Source of the DNA: an uncultured Uliginosibacterium sp.
GTDB taxonomy: Bacteria > Pseudomonadota > Gammaproteobacteria > Burkholderiales > Rhodocyclaceae
Reading direction: 5' to 3'
Assembly: GCA_945957295.1 (NCBI GenBank)
Contig: CAMFLH010000001.1
Span: 1 to 55,661 of the forward strand
Length of the DNA stretch: 55,661 bases
Made by a program: the position numbers and the translations under genes. Under the pieces are notes generated by a model that worked only from the letters and a program-made list of their open reading frames with translations, had not been told where the DNA came from and did not search any database. Below are positions 38,753-48,438 of the stretch, one piece after another. Each line of letters begins with the position of its first letter. Within the stretch, counting starts at the first letter, position 1.

Positions 38753-40212
38753 TGCCCTGAAACGCACGCATGGGTAAGCAACGAGAAATCAAACAGAGCG
38801 CGCTGTGGCAGCGTGGTGAATGGCACGCGCACCTCATCCCCAACAGACCTAGGCAATACAAAGTACTCGCCAAAGCCTTCGGGCCTGTAGATTCTGAGAA
38901 CATTGGGGGATGCGTGCAGGCTCAACCCATAAACCGGCCAAGTCCAGTCCCAGCGATACCTGTACAAGTAGCCTTGCCCGACCGACTCAAGATTGCTCCT
39001 AACTCTCTCGGGTTCGACAACGATTGTATTGGCATAGGCGAGGCTTCTAATTGAGGCTTCTCTAAAAGCACTCCACCGGAAGTCGTTCGATAGCTGCCAA
39101 ATAGTCGAAGCCAACAAACCCGAGAAGATCAACGCTGCTGCAGGGACATTGTACCCCACCCTCCCCCCCCCCCAACGAGCATAGGGCGCAAGAAACAAGA
39201 CTACGGAGCTCCCAAAAGTCATAAGAAATCGATATTGGTACTCTCGAAACGGGTTCGCAAAATCTGTAATACGAAAAGCAGAGACAGAAAATAGGACCAT
39301 ATAGAGACAAAGAGCCCCAAGAGTTATATTTGCAAGCCTCTGAAGAAGGCGGTAGCGATCACTCAAGAGCCTAGTTGTCAGGACACCGATTAAGCCGAGG
39401 ATAACTAAAATCGAGATGCGGGTATTGCCACTCCACAACTCGGCTGGAGACAACAGACCAAGCAACTCAAGGTACTCGCTCGTCTGCTGTGCAACGGGAT
39501 GCGTGAACTGCCACCAAACCACAAACGCAGACGAAAGACCACCCACCGCGGCGATATAATACCTATGCAAGTTCGAAGGATTAACTTCAAAGCTACCCGA
39601 CCTCCGCATCCCAGCGAGGGAAACAAACGACAAGCCCACCCCCCAAAACAGCATGCTTTCGTGAGCCCGAAATAGCAGCAAGCCCAACAGAACTATCGCG
39701 ACTCGCTCAAATCGGCCAGGGCGTATCGAAAGAATGGCGTAATGCGCAAGTACCCAGCAGACAGCCAAAGAAGTGAACGCCTGGTTGAGTACAAACATCT
39801 CCGATGGAATCGCGAAGACCACGAATGAAATCAACGAACACAAAAAAATGGTGTAATCCCGCGCCCTCACCGACAGCACAAAACACCATACATAGAACAG
39901 GACCGGAACGAAAAATAATCCAGCGCCAAACAGTACCCGAAGACTCCCAATATCTCTTACGCCGAGCAGTAAACCAATCGACAAAGGAGCCTGGTTAATC
40001 AAATTAACAAGAAGACGAATATGCTTTTCATCATCTTTAAATGAGAACCCAAGCGAAGACACGTTATCAACGAAGAATAGTGCTCCGTCGGCATACAGGG
40101 CCCGATCAAAGCAAACAGCCAACATCAGATGCAACACGTACAGGCCGATTGAAAACGCAAACAAACCCTTCACCGCGGTTTCACCCCTACTACTACCATG
40201 CATATCAGCCAT
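38743..40212 (-). CDS. Polytopic membrane protein, candidate GT-C/GtrC-type side-chain transferase
   Basis: About 10-11 hydrophobic segments, an acidic motif after TM1 (RALYADG), a soluble C-terminal tail, and position next to gtrA and a GT2. Function inferred from context. Confidence 0.6.
   Translation of the reverse strand: MADMHGSSRGETAVKGLFAFSIGLYVLHLMLAVCFDRALYADGALFFVDNVSSLGFSFKDDEKHIRLLVNLINQAPLSIGLLLGVRDIGSLRVLFGAGLFFVPVLFYVWCFVLSVRARDYTIFLCSLISFVVFAIPSEMFVLNQAFTSLAVCWVLAHYAILSIRPGRFERVAIVLLGLLLFRAHESMLFWGVGLSFVSLAGMRRSGSFEVNPSNLHRYYIAAVGGLSSAFVVWWQFTHPVAQQTSEYLELLGLLSPAELWSGNTRISILVILGLIGVLTTRLLSDRYRLLQRLANITLGALCLYMVLFSVSAFRITDFANPFREYQYRFLMTFGSSVVLFLAPYARWGGGRVGYNVPAAALIFSGLLASTIWQLSNDFRWSAFREASIRSLAYANTIVVEPERVRSNLESVGQGYLYRYRWDWTWPVYGLSLHASPNVLRIYRPEGFGEYFVLPRSVGDEVRVPFTTLPQRALFDFSLLTHACVSGQCQ
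39163..39173 (-). repeat. G11 homopolymer tract inside the candidate GtrC gene (C11 on the plus strand)
   Basis: Coding strand TGG GGG GGG GGG AGG = W-G-G-G-R. Longest homopolymer noticed in the window; frame currently intact. Confidence 0.9.
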
Positions 40213-43200
40213 TAGTACCCTTTACTTTCTGCTTGCTGTTCAGCGATCGCAACAAATTCAGCACAGACCTTCGCCCAAGCAAATCTTTCGACTTGCTGCC
40301 GTCCAGCAATCGCCAATCTATCCCGCAATTCCGGCGACTCTACCAATGCGAGCAGTGCGTCTTCAATGGTTTGCTCGTCCGCCATCACGGCGTTTATTCC
40401 ATCCTCTGCCATGTCATGAAACGCAGCGCACGCTCGGTTAATTAGGACTGGCTTTCCCGCACGCCAAGCCTCTAACAAGACAATCCCAAAACTTTCGCTG
40501 CTACTCATATTGCACAAAGCAAGACAAGACAAGAGCGCCCCGCGCACCACGTTTCGCGGTTGTCGACCAAGGTACACTGCATTTGGGCTATCAATCACAG
40601 CACCGTCATCATCCGGCCCAATCAATACCGCTTGCAGGTCCACTCCCCGGCGATTAATTCGCTCGACGGCATCGATGAGCAACCTGTAGCCCTTTGCTCC
40701 GGCCTTCCTTCCAAGTATTAGAACAAAGGGTCGAAGCGGTCCACAAACCCCCAAAAACGCCTCTTGATCCTGAGGGCCGTAATCTTCATCCGCATCGCAA
40801 CCCGCCGGCAAATATTGGACTCTGCAGCCTTTCTCGGCCAAAAAATCACAAGCAGCCCTTGGCACCGCCAGTACTAGGCTCGCGTTCCTTGCGCTCTCTA
40901 GCCAATCCGGGAAGTGATAGAAGTCGTCATCCAGATGGGCATGCGGTATCAGAATTGACGGAACTCCACGCTTTGCGGCCTCGGCAATGGCAACGACAGC
41001 GGGGCGAAAGATATTGTTATGAGCCACGACTAGATCGTAATCCGCAACATTCTCTTCGATGTAGCGTTCCATACTTGGACTCCACGGACCACGCCCGTCC
41101 GTCAGGCGAACGTTTAGAGGCCCGCGAGATCTGTGCGCGGCCAGATCGAGCAGCCGAAAACTCTTCGCCGCGGGCAGCCTTTGAAAGTGTCGCTGCAGGA
41201 GAGTTTGAGCTAACAGATCAAAGGTGGTGTCGTCGATCCGGAATCGAGAGATCCTGAAAGCCAGCGGACGGGGATCAGAACCACACACCTGACTCGTTGA
41301 AACGAAATGCAATTGGCCGGCGTCAGCCGGAAACGAGACGGTGAAGTCGCCAACGAGCTGAAACGGACCCGCCACAACACGCTCGCCGCTATAGACGCTA
41401 AGAACAACGCTCGCGGGCGCGTATCCAGCCAATTCGACGCGAGCCTGCTCCTGTAGAAACACCGCACATTCGGAAAACGCCCATCTTGAACCCCCGCTGC
41501 CCTCTCCTTCCGGGTAGCCCCAGCCCCAAGTCAATCCGCTGGAATCGTATTGATCGTGTAGCGATTCGCTGAGGGCGCGCTCAAAGTCAACCTGCGCCAT
41601 CCAAGCGTTCCGCAAGTGGGCATCAACTACGTCGGCATCAAGCGCACGGATTGGAAACCGAGCAAAACGAACGGCCATTATGTCCACGGGCGCACTGCAT
41701 TCCGGGTCAAAGCTGTACTCGTCGCAAAATCGCATGTGACTATGAATACCGCTTACCTCTGGAGCAATCACATCAACGTCGAATTTGCCACTGTTACCCA
41801 AAGCGCTTACGAACTTCTCTATATTTGTCTCGGCACCACCGAGGGCTGGGTACACATACCGATAGGCCACATAGAGCACCCGCTTCTTCTTCTTTTCCAG
41901 TCCTTGAAGCGTGGCAACAAAGCGGCTAGCGAGCCCCGACATCGACAGCTCTCTTGCGAATAGTTCGCGCCGGCTATTCCGAACCACTTCGGAATGGAGC
42001 GCGACATCCGCCAGTGAGGCGCGTATAGCGCCCGCAAAGCCATTTAAAGACGCAACTGCAAGGTGGGGTTGAACGCTCGCAGGGTAACCGCGCTGCCCAA
42101 ACTCTGTCGTAACAACAAAGAGTCCGTTGCCTAGATAGTCAGCCAGTTTTACGTTTGAGCCACTCCCGGACAACATCGGATTGAGTGCCAGAGCACAAGA
42201 CTGCATAACAGCACTCTTTGTCGTCTCGTCAACGACGCCCCACAACATGACATTCTCTGGAGCATCACCTATAGCACCACAAATAGAGCCAACCAAGTGA
42301 AACGTTACATCCGGCAATGCAGGCGCCAAATACTCGATGATGTACTGTGCGGCTTCGACATTCGGCATGTGCGCCGAACCGAGGAAAACGACAGAACGAC
42401 CACCTAGTTTATGGCGCAGGTCCCACTTAGACTGTTCCACACTGGGACCAGACGCGGGCTCCGCAGCCCCGTTGCGCACAATGATGACCGGGCCTGAACA
42501 AGATCTTCCTTTGACCAATCCAGCGGCGTCTTCAGCAGAAACAGCGATCGTCGCTGCAGCATGCTCAACCGCTGCCCGCTCGATGCTCTCCACGATCTGG
42601 AGCAATTCGGCGTAAGAAGGGTGCCACTGCAAGAGTCGTCGCTTCAGTTCGCATTCATTGTTTTGAGACGAGTAAACAAATCGGTCACGCCAGGCTAGAG
42701 GTAGCCCCGCCATGTAACAATGTTCCACTACGATGCACCGCGCATGCTCCCTCAGAACACCGTAGAGCCGATCGAGCCAAGGATTTTCGGTACAGTGACG
42801 AGCCGCTACAATATCGTCAGCAGAGATGTGAAACTCGCCATTCAATCTTGCAAGATCCGCCAAATGATTCGCGGTTCTCGGGACATTGAAGACCTTAATA
42901 CCGTCATCGTGCTGCCGCACCGAAAAAGAACCATCCGCGGAAAAACTGACGAATACCACCGGACTCCATTCCTTAACCGCCTCATAGAGGCCGCGGGTAC
43001 GCGTTCCGCCCCCTCCAATCCCTGAGAACGAATCGTAGTCGTTCAGCACCAACACGAAAGGCGGCGCGCTCCGCAGACTTCGGTCATTAACGAGCTCGGT
43101 CAGACGCGTAGCAACAGGACCAGCAATAGCCGACCATGTATATCTTTCGTCTGCAAGCATGCGGCCCGCACTCCCAATCCCAGCCAGCGCAGTTAGTCCG

Positions 43201-44249
43201 ACAAGGCTACGACGCAGAGTAGCCGAGAATTCTTCAAGTGAGGCCTCAACGTAGTCTCGACCTGCTTCGGCTCGTATGCCGCGCATCCCGAAACTCGTAG
43301 AGAGCACTGGCAACTCATGCGCAAAGTAATCAAGGACCTTTACGTTGGACCCGCTACCGGCAGCCATCGGGTTCAGTGCAATCGTCGCTTGGGACAATAG
43401 CTGAGCTTTCTCGGCATCACCAACAAGTCCGTGACGCTTAACATTCGACGGGTACTCGCCTTCCGCCAAACAGCTTCCGATAATATCGAACCCCACCTCA
43501 GGAAGCTCGTACGCCAACGTATTCACGATAAAATGAGCGGCAGCGACATTTGGCGGATGTCCACTACCCATAAACACGGCCCTTTGCGTCGCGCCTGCTC
43601 GTATTGACCTCCTCGCAGTGCTCAACGAGGTCATTCCATTCGGTGCGTAAAGGCTTTCAAACTGTGCATCCGGCGCCATACTTCGAAATTCGATCAAGTC
43701 TGCGTCATTGCAAAACAAGACCAAATCAGAGATCTGCAACGCTCTCCGCTCGGCAGCACTTACGATCTGATAAATTGGGCTCGACTTCTGAGCAGGATGT
43801 AGCTGACGATACAACGTGGTTTCACAGTTGTATGCATTGTAGACTCTCGGCTTTCTATCGCAGCCGGCAAAAATGTCGCAATCAATAGTAAAGGGAGAAT
43901 CGTGAATGATTATATCTGCGCGCTCATATTCGTCCAAATATGCCTTGTGCAAACGGGTCGGCAATCGCGAGCAAGCTGCAATGGCAGGCCCGGAGAGGTC
44001 GCCACCACTGGAATACCCTTCCAGCCCCATATACGCCGTGAGAAAGTGATCATCTTTGGGAATGCGCCTCTCGACGAAGTTCACTCCATGGTTGATCAAC
44101 TCCTCTTCTACACCAGCATGGGTTGAGGTCAGTAGCGTGACTTTGTGCCAACAACTGAGCGCTTTATAGAAATTGTACAACCTTGAGACGCCGCCATTAT
44201 TTGCGGGGACAAAGGCCGGAAAAAAAGAAAACGCAAGTATTCTCTTCAT
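40212..44249 (-). CDS. Three-module GT4-type glycosyltransferase (WbdA-like polymerase)
   Basis: 1345 aa with three N-terminal GG loops (NNGGVSR, GGGGTRT, LGGAETN); two GSGSNVK..DY motifs; one ESFGIVLLEA motif. Confidence 0.85.
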   Translation of the reverse strand: MKRILAFSFFPAFVPANNGGVSRLYNFYKALSCWHKVTLLTSTHAGVEEELINHGVNFVERRIPKDDHFLTAYMGLEGYSSGGDLSGPAIAACSRLPTRLHKAYLDEYERADIIIHDSPFTIDCDIFAGCDRKPRVYNAYNCETTLYRQLHPAQKSSPIYQIVSAAERRALQISDLVLFCNDADLIEFRSMAPDAQFESLYAPNGMTSLSTARRSIRAGATQRAVFMGSGHPPNVAAAHFIVNTLAYELPEVGFDIIGSCLAEGEYPSNVKRHGLVGDAEKAQLLSQATIALNPMAAGSGSNVKVLDYFAHELPVLSTSFGMRGIRAEAGRDYVEASLEEFSATLRRSLVGLTALAGIGSAGRMLADERYTWSAIAGPVATRLTELVNDRSLRSAPPFVLVLNDYDSFSGIGGGGTRTRGLYEAVKEWSPVVFVSFSADGSFSVRQHDDGIKVFNVPRTANHLADLARLNGEFHISADDIVAARHCTENPWLDRLYGVLREHARCIVVEHCYMAGLPLAWRDRFVYSSQNNECELKRRLLQWHPSYAELLQIVESIERAAVEHAAATIAVSAEDAAGLVKGRSCSGPVIIVRNGAAEPASGPSVEQSKWDLRHKLGGRSVVFLGSAHMPNVEAAQYIIEYLAPALPDVTFHLVGSICGAIGDAPENVMLWGVVDETTKSAVMQSCALALNPMLSGSGSNVKLADYLGNGLFVVTTEFGQRGYPASVQPHLAVASLNGFAGAIRASLADVALHSEVVRNSRRELFARELSMSGLASRFVATLQGLEKKKKRVLYVAYRYVYPALGGAETNIEKFVSALGNSGKFDVDVIAPEVSGIHSHMRFCDEYSFDPECSAPVDIMAVRFARFPIRALDADVVDAHLRNAWMAQVDFERALSESLHDQYDSSGLTWGWGYPEGEGSGGSRWAFSECAVFLQEQARVELAGYAPASVVLSVYSGERVVAGPFQLVGDFTVSFPADAGQLHFVSTSQVCGSDPRPLAFRISRFRIDDTTFDLLAQTLLQRHFQRLPAAKSFRLLDLAAHRSRGPLNVRLTDGRGPWSPSMERYIEENVADYDLVVAHNNIFRPAVVAIAEAAKRGVPSILIPHAHLDDDFYHFPDWLESARNASLVLAVPRAACDFLAEKGCRVQYLPAGCDADEDYGPQDQEAFLGVCGPLRPFVLILGRKAGAKGYRLLIDAVERINRRGVDLQAVLIGPDDDGAVIDSPNAVYLGRQPRNVVRGALLSCLALCNMSSSESFGIVLLEAWRAGKPVLINRACAAFHDMAEDGINAVMADEQTIEDALLALVESPELRDRLAIAGRQQVERFAWAKVCAEFVAIAEQQAESKGY

Positions 44250-46525
44250 TGGACGGATCTGTTATTCCGAAGGAACTTCTCTAGCGGCGTTCGACTCAAG
44301 TTGCCAGCAAACTCCATGTCAGTGGCTCCACTCGAACTATCCGTTTCGGCCTTCTTTTTCACAACCGGAAGCGCGGACGTGCCAAACGACTCCACCTGCG
44401 AAGACGGAAGGTACGCCGGTACAAAGCCTCGCTTGATTGCAAACGACTTCAGAGAACGATGAAGAACTGGCACTTTTTTGAGCATTCGACTGAGCAACTC
44501 ACGCAATCGCGGTCGCCGGAAGACAAGACGAAATGCACTTGCAACCACCGAAGTCGGGCGCCTTACGCGCGCAGGTACATCAACTTTTAACGGCTTCTTA
44601 TCACCAACAGTCGAAAGCCTTAATCCCCCTGAGCCGAATTTTCGCTTTACGTATCTAATTGGTTTTGTTAGCCACCAAGAAGTACTTGCGTGAAGCGCCA
44701 AGACACGGTTGTGCCAGTACTCAACCTCTTGCACCTTTTCAGCCAACACGCTCTCGCACTCATTCAGCTTCTCTCTAAGAACAGTCAGGCTTGCATTACA
44801 TTCTGCCGCACGCATCCGCTCTAGGTCAGACTTGTCGCGAATTCCGCGTAGCACATCCTGAAGCTCAGCATATTCTGAGAGAAGGGAGGCATGCTTCTCC
44901 GCCACCTCGGCAGCGAGGTTCGATTGCCGCACCCTCTCAGCCTCCGCAGCGGCTAGCGCTTCTTCGACTTCCCTGGCCCGCGACTCAGCTTGATCATAAC
45001 CACTGCGCAGTTCATCAACCTCTCTTGCGAGATCACAAACTTGACTTGCGAGCTCACCCACTCGGGCCAAATGTTGCCGCTTCTCTTCCTGCACCACCTT
45101 CAGTTCAGCATCGATCTCTCTAGCCCGATCCTCAGCCTCATTGCGACAACTGCTAAGCTCGACAACTTGCTGGGCGAGCTTACCAAATTGCTTTGAACAC
45201 TCGTCCGCTCGGATAGCATGCTGCTGCTTCTCGTTCAGCGCCGCATTCAACGCAGTCTCAATCTCTCGTGCACGAATCTCGGCCTCATCACGATGCCTGC
45301 CGACGTCTTCCAGCCGCGCAACGACACTATTGTATTGCGCTCTCAAGCCTTCGAGCGACGCCTCACTCCTTGCGCACCGTACCTCCGCATCAAGAAGTTG
45401 CGCGTGCACTTTATCGGCCCTTAGCAACGAATTCTCGTGCAGACGCCGGCCATCCAAATACAATTCTCGAATCTCTGCCTGCGACGCTGATACCAACGAA
45501 TGGAAGTTATCGATATCAGCCCGACGCGCAGAAATCGAAGACTCAATTTGCGCAAGACGAGCTGCCATTTGGTCGCTGAGCCGTGAATTCTGCTCTCTCG
45601 ATAGCGCCATCACCTCGGAGGAATGAGACAACAGCCGCTCTGCGGCACGCTCCAATGTTTCGGCATGCTCACGCTCGAAACGGTCTAACAGCGAAACTGC
45701 ATTTTGGATACTCTCTAGCGTGCCCTGCGCAATCGACCCAGAGTTTTCAGTCATTCTATTAACACTCAAATCATAACGAGACACTAGAGTCTCTAAACCC
45801 ACACCGAATTCTTCGTCAAAAGCCGCGGCGAGTGCATCAACCAGACTTTCATTCCCGCCCTTTTGTGCAACGACCGCGTAGTCGGGGCTAACTCCGGCGA
45901 ACACGTCGCTCAGCACTAAAGCCTGGCGCTCAAGAATATCTGGAGGCTCTTGGAGGCGAAGAACCTTTACCCGAGCAAATCCGCTGTACTCCGCAACAAA
46001 CGCCAACAAATCAGGTGGTATAGGTCGTTGGTGCGTCGGGTCAAGGTAGAAGTTTCTTGTGGCAACGACCAAATTCTCAGGGTTCGGCGTCTCCATAATT
46101 AGGAGCCCACCCGGCACAAGAACACGCATCGACTGAGCGACCAAAAGTCGTAAGTGATCGAAGCTAACGTGCTCCACAACATGAAACGCAGAGACTACCG
46201 CCTTGCTCTCGTCGGGAAGCGCAGACAAATACGCAATCGCCTCACCCTGCACTACATCCAAACCCAACTGCCGGCAGTCACGAAGCATTCCGGCATCGAG
46301 ATCGACACCGACGGCGGTTAAACCCACCCCCCCGAGCACCTGCAGCCACTCCCCCCTTCCGCATCCTAAGTCAACCGCCGACGCAGACGGGATCGCCTGC
46401 GCCAATGGTTTAACAAACGGTAGGTAAGCCAATAGCCGTGAAATGATCAGGTCACGGGATCCGCGATAGCGATCTTCGAAAGCGCGATAGAAATCGGGAT
46501 CGTCTAACTCAACTGTCGTCGGCAT
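44246..46525 (-). CDS. SAM methyltransferase with long coiled coil (WbdD-like terminator/ruler)
   Basis: FEDRYRGS, DLGCGRGEW, AFHVVEH, ETPNP, DPTH..P; roughly 350 aa of heptad-rich sequence; STSWWLTKPIR and basic amphipathic tail. Confidence 0.85.
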   Translation of the reverse strand: MPTTVELDDPDFYRAFEDRYRGSRDLIISRLLAYLPFVKPLAQAIPSASAVDLGCGRGEWLQVLGGVGLTAVGVDLDAGMLRDCRQLGLDVVQGEAIAYLSALPDESKAVVSAFHVVEHVSFDHLRLLVAQSMRVLVPGGLLIMETPNPENLVVATRNFYLDPTHQRPIPPDLLAFVAEYSGFARVKVLRLQEPPDILERQALVLSDVFAGVSPDYAVVAQKGGNESLVDALAAAFDEEFGVGLETLVSRYDLSVNRMTENSGSIAQGTLESIQNAVSLLDRFEREHAETLERAAERLLSHSSEVMALSREQNSRLSDQMAARLAQIESSISARRADIDNFHSLVSASQAEIRELYLDGRRLHENSLLRADKVHAQLLDAEVRCARSEASLEGLRAQYNSVVARLEDVGRHRDEAEIRAREIETALNAALNEKQQHAIRADECSKQFGKLAQQVVELSSCRNEAEDRAREIDAELKVVQEEKRQHLARVGELASQVCDLAREVDELRSGYDQAESRAREVEEALAAAEAERVRQSNLAAEVAEKHASLLSEYAELQDVLRGIRDKSDLERMRAAECNASLTVLREKLNECESVLAEKVQEVEYWHNRVLALHASTSWWLTKPIRYVKRKFGSGGLRLSTVGDKKPLKVDVPARVRRPTSVVASAFRLVFRRPRLRELLSRMLKKVPVLHRSLKSFAIKRGFVPAYLPSSQVESFGTSALPVVKKKAETDSSSGATDMEFAGNLSRTPLEKFLRNNRSVQ
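44846..45286 (-). repeat. Three degenerate 147-bp (49-aa) repeats in the coiled coil
   Basis: EAEIRAREI, EAEDRAREI and QAESRAREV begin at 45286, 45139 and 44992. Confidence 0.8.
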
Positions 46526-46527
46526 AT

Positions 46528-48438
46528 TTAATCGCCAAACTCAATTTTCGGCGCCAGGCAGCCTTCCAGCTCAGACCACCAAAACTCGCCCTCTTTCACA
46601 AAGTCACAGGCCGCCGCAACCGCGTTCGAATAGATCGCGGGCACCTCCATCCAAAATGAGATATTGTCTCCAGGCTCTAGAGATACGGGAAGTGAATACC
46701 TAGGCGTGTCCCACCCAAGAGTCTCGCCATTCACACCTAATAGATGTAACGAGAACAGCAATCCACCGCCGCTGCCGCAAGGGATAGTGGTATCTGCAAC
46801 GTTAGCCAGATTCACGAGGATTCGCCGCGAACCCTCAATCCCGACCTTCAGTTGCTCCAGTCGCACTGCAAACCGAATATGCGAAGCGTAACGTTTATCC
46901 AAACACAAAGCGTCCCCGTCGTCGACGACCGCCAAGGATCCGCGCGCCAAGAAAGTCATTCCTCGGAAGGACGAAAAATGATTAACAACCCTCAAGTCCA
47001 AAGCGGCAGCGAGCCGATACACGTTTTCGGCGTCCCGCACCGAATCGTGCACAACATAGAAATCGGCAGAGTGCGCATGTGCGATCACTTGATCGATCAC
47101 CACCGCTCGATTCGCAGTGCCGGGCGGGGAGTCGACGAAAACCAAACCTCTCCCCTCGCCCGACAAGACGGACTCAACGGCTTCCGCAACAACGCCATCG
47201 TCGAACCCGACAGCGGGCGAGAAGTCCGCCCTGTGGGCAGTACAGCCATTTTCAAGTGCATATTGCAACCAAGGACCATCCCAGCCCTCTATCGCAAATT
47301 GCTTTTTCACCAAACGCCTGAACAGAACAGTAGTGTAGCCCGCGCCAAACTCGAGTACGCCCTCAACGCAATTTCGCCTAACAAATGTCCGCAGGGCGAC
47401 ATATTCTTCAACTGAGAGATAAGCGGCACCACATTTAAGACCATTCCAAAGAAAATCAGTCTCGCACGTTGAGTGGACAATCGAAGAGACTACTCGAGGA
47501 TTACTCAGCAGTGAAATATCCGCCCCAGGAGAATAAACACCGCGACCGGGCGACGTGGTGATGGCACCAACCAAAGCCATCTTTGACTTAGCATCTAGCC
47601 CACCACCAAAACGGAGCGCAGAGTTCAACAACTCCAACACACCGACTTCACCCCCTCCAATAGATTGCGCAACAATCGCTGCGACATCAAAGGGAAGCGC
47701 CGCGATACAGGCATCAATATCGCGTACACCCGCAAAGTGTATGAGATGCAATAATCCGCCATCACTCTTATTGCAGAGATCCCCTTTGTCATCAACAAAA
47801 CAATTGAGCGCTCCAAACCGACGAAACCCCTGCCAGTTATAACTCGACTCAGGAATAAAAGCCAAAGGAATGTCGTTCTCGAAAACCTTCAGACAGAGAT
47901 AGTGATTATCATAAAGCCGGCCTGGAATAACTACTCCGTTCCAATCTAAGTCATCCCTTGACTCAGAACGTATCTTGTCAAAAAACCAATCAAGCCCAGA
48001 CGGAACCGCAAACACCCCACTATTGAAATACCGATCACCGGACACATCGGGAAAATTCCCCCATGGCCGCATAGGATCAGAAATAAAACCACACTCACTC
48101 AGATCATCTCGACAGGCAGTAAACTCCGTCACGCTACCAAGAATATCCAACGACTGTAGAACAATCACATCAGCATCAAGGTAGACAAAACCACCGCGAC
48201 GAGCAGCATCGGAGTATGCCGCGAACTTTGCCCTTTTAACCCCGAGTTCATCGATTTCTGGCAAGAGGATCAGTTCAGCTCCGAGCGCTTGAAATCTGCT
48301 TTGCAAGCGGGGGCATTCTGAGTACACCAATATCTCGGCATCCGCATGCACTCGTCGAATGCTTCTAACGAGTCGCACGGCATTCAATGCATAGTTCTCG
48401 GTCGTGATGGTTACGAAGCGCATTGCGGATGCTTTCAC
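46528..48438 (-). CDS. GT8-like glycosyltransferase fused to a methyltransferase-like domain and a C-terminal Ig-like domain
   Basis: YLDADV, YFNSGVF and HLIHFAG (GT8-like); VLEFGAGYTT, VFVDSPPG and VVHDS.R (class I MTase-like); PRYSLP.SLEPGD (Ig-like). Confidence 0.7.
   Translation of the reverse strand: MKASAMRFVTITTENYALNAVRLVRSIRRVHADAEILVYSECPRLQSRFQALGAELILLPEIDELGVKRAKFAAYSDAARRGGFVYLDADVIVLQSLDILGSVTEFTACRDDLSECGFISDPMRPWGNFPDVSGDRYFNSGVFAVPSGLDWFFDKIRSESRDDLDWNGVVIPGRLYDNHYLCLKVFENDIPLAFIPESSYNWQGFRRFGALNCFVDDKGDLCNKSDGGLLHLIHFAGVRDIDACIAALPFDVAAIVAQSIGGGEVGVLELLNSALRFGGGLDAKSKMALVGAITTSPGRGVYSPGADISLLSNPRVVSSIVHSTCETDFLWNGLKCGAAYLSVEEYVALRTFVRRNCVEGVLEFGAGYTTVLFRRLVKKQFAIEGWDGPWLQYALENGCTAHRADFSPAVGFDDGVVAEAVESVLSGEGRGLVFVDSPPGTANRAVVIDQVIAHAHSADFYVVHDSVRDAENVYRLAAALDLRVVNHFSSFRGMTFLARGSLAVVDDGDALCLDKRYASHIRFAVRLEQLKVGIEGSRRILVNLANVADTTIPCGSGGGLLFSLHLLGVNGETLGWDTPRYSLPVSLEPGDNISFWMEVPAIYSNAVAAACDFVKEGEFWWSELEGCLAPKIEFGD

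Noticed and set aside
38622-46333. Other C6-C7 runs (e.g. in gtrA and the methyltransferase gene) as phase-variable tracts
   Set aside because: Too short to stand out from chance at this base composition.
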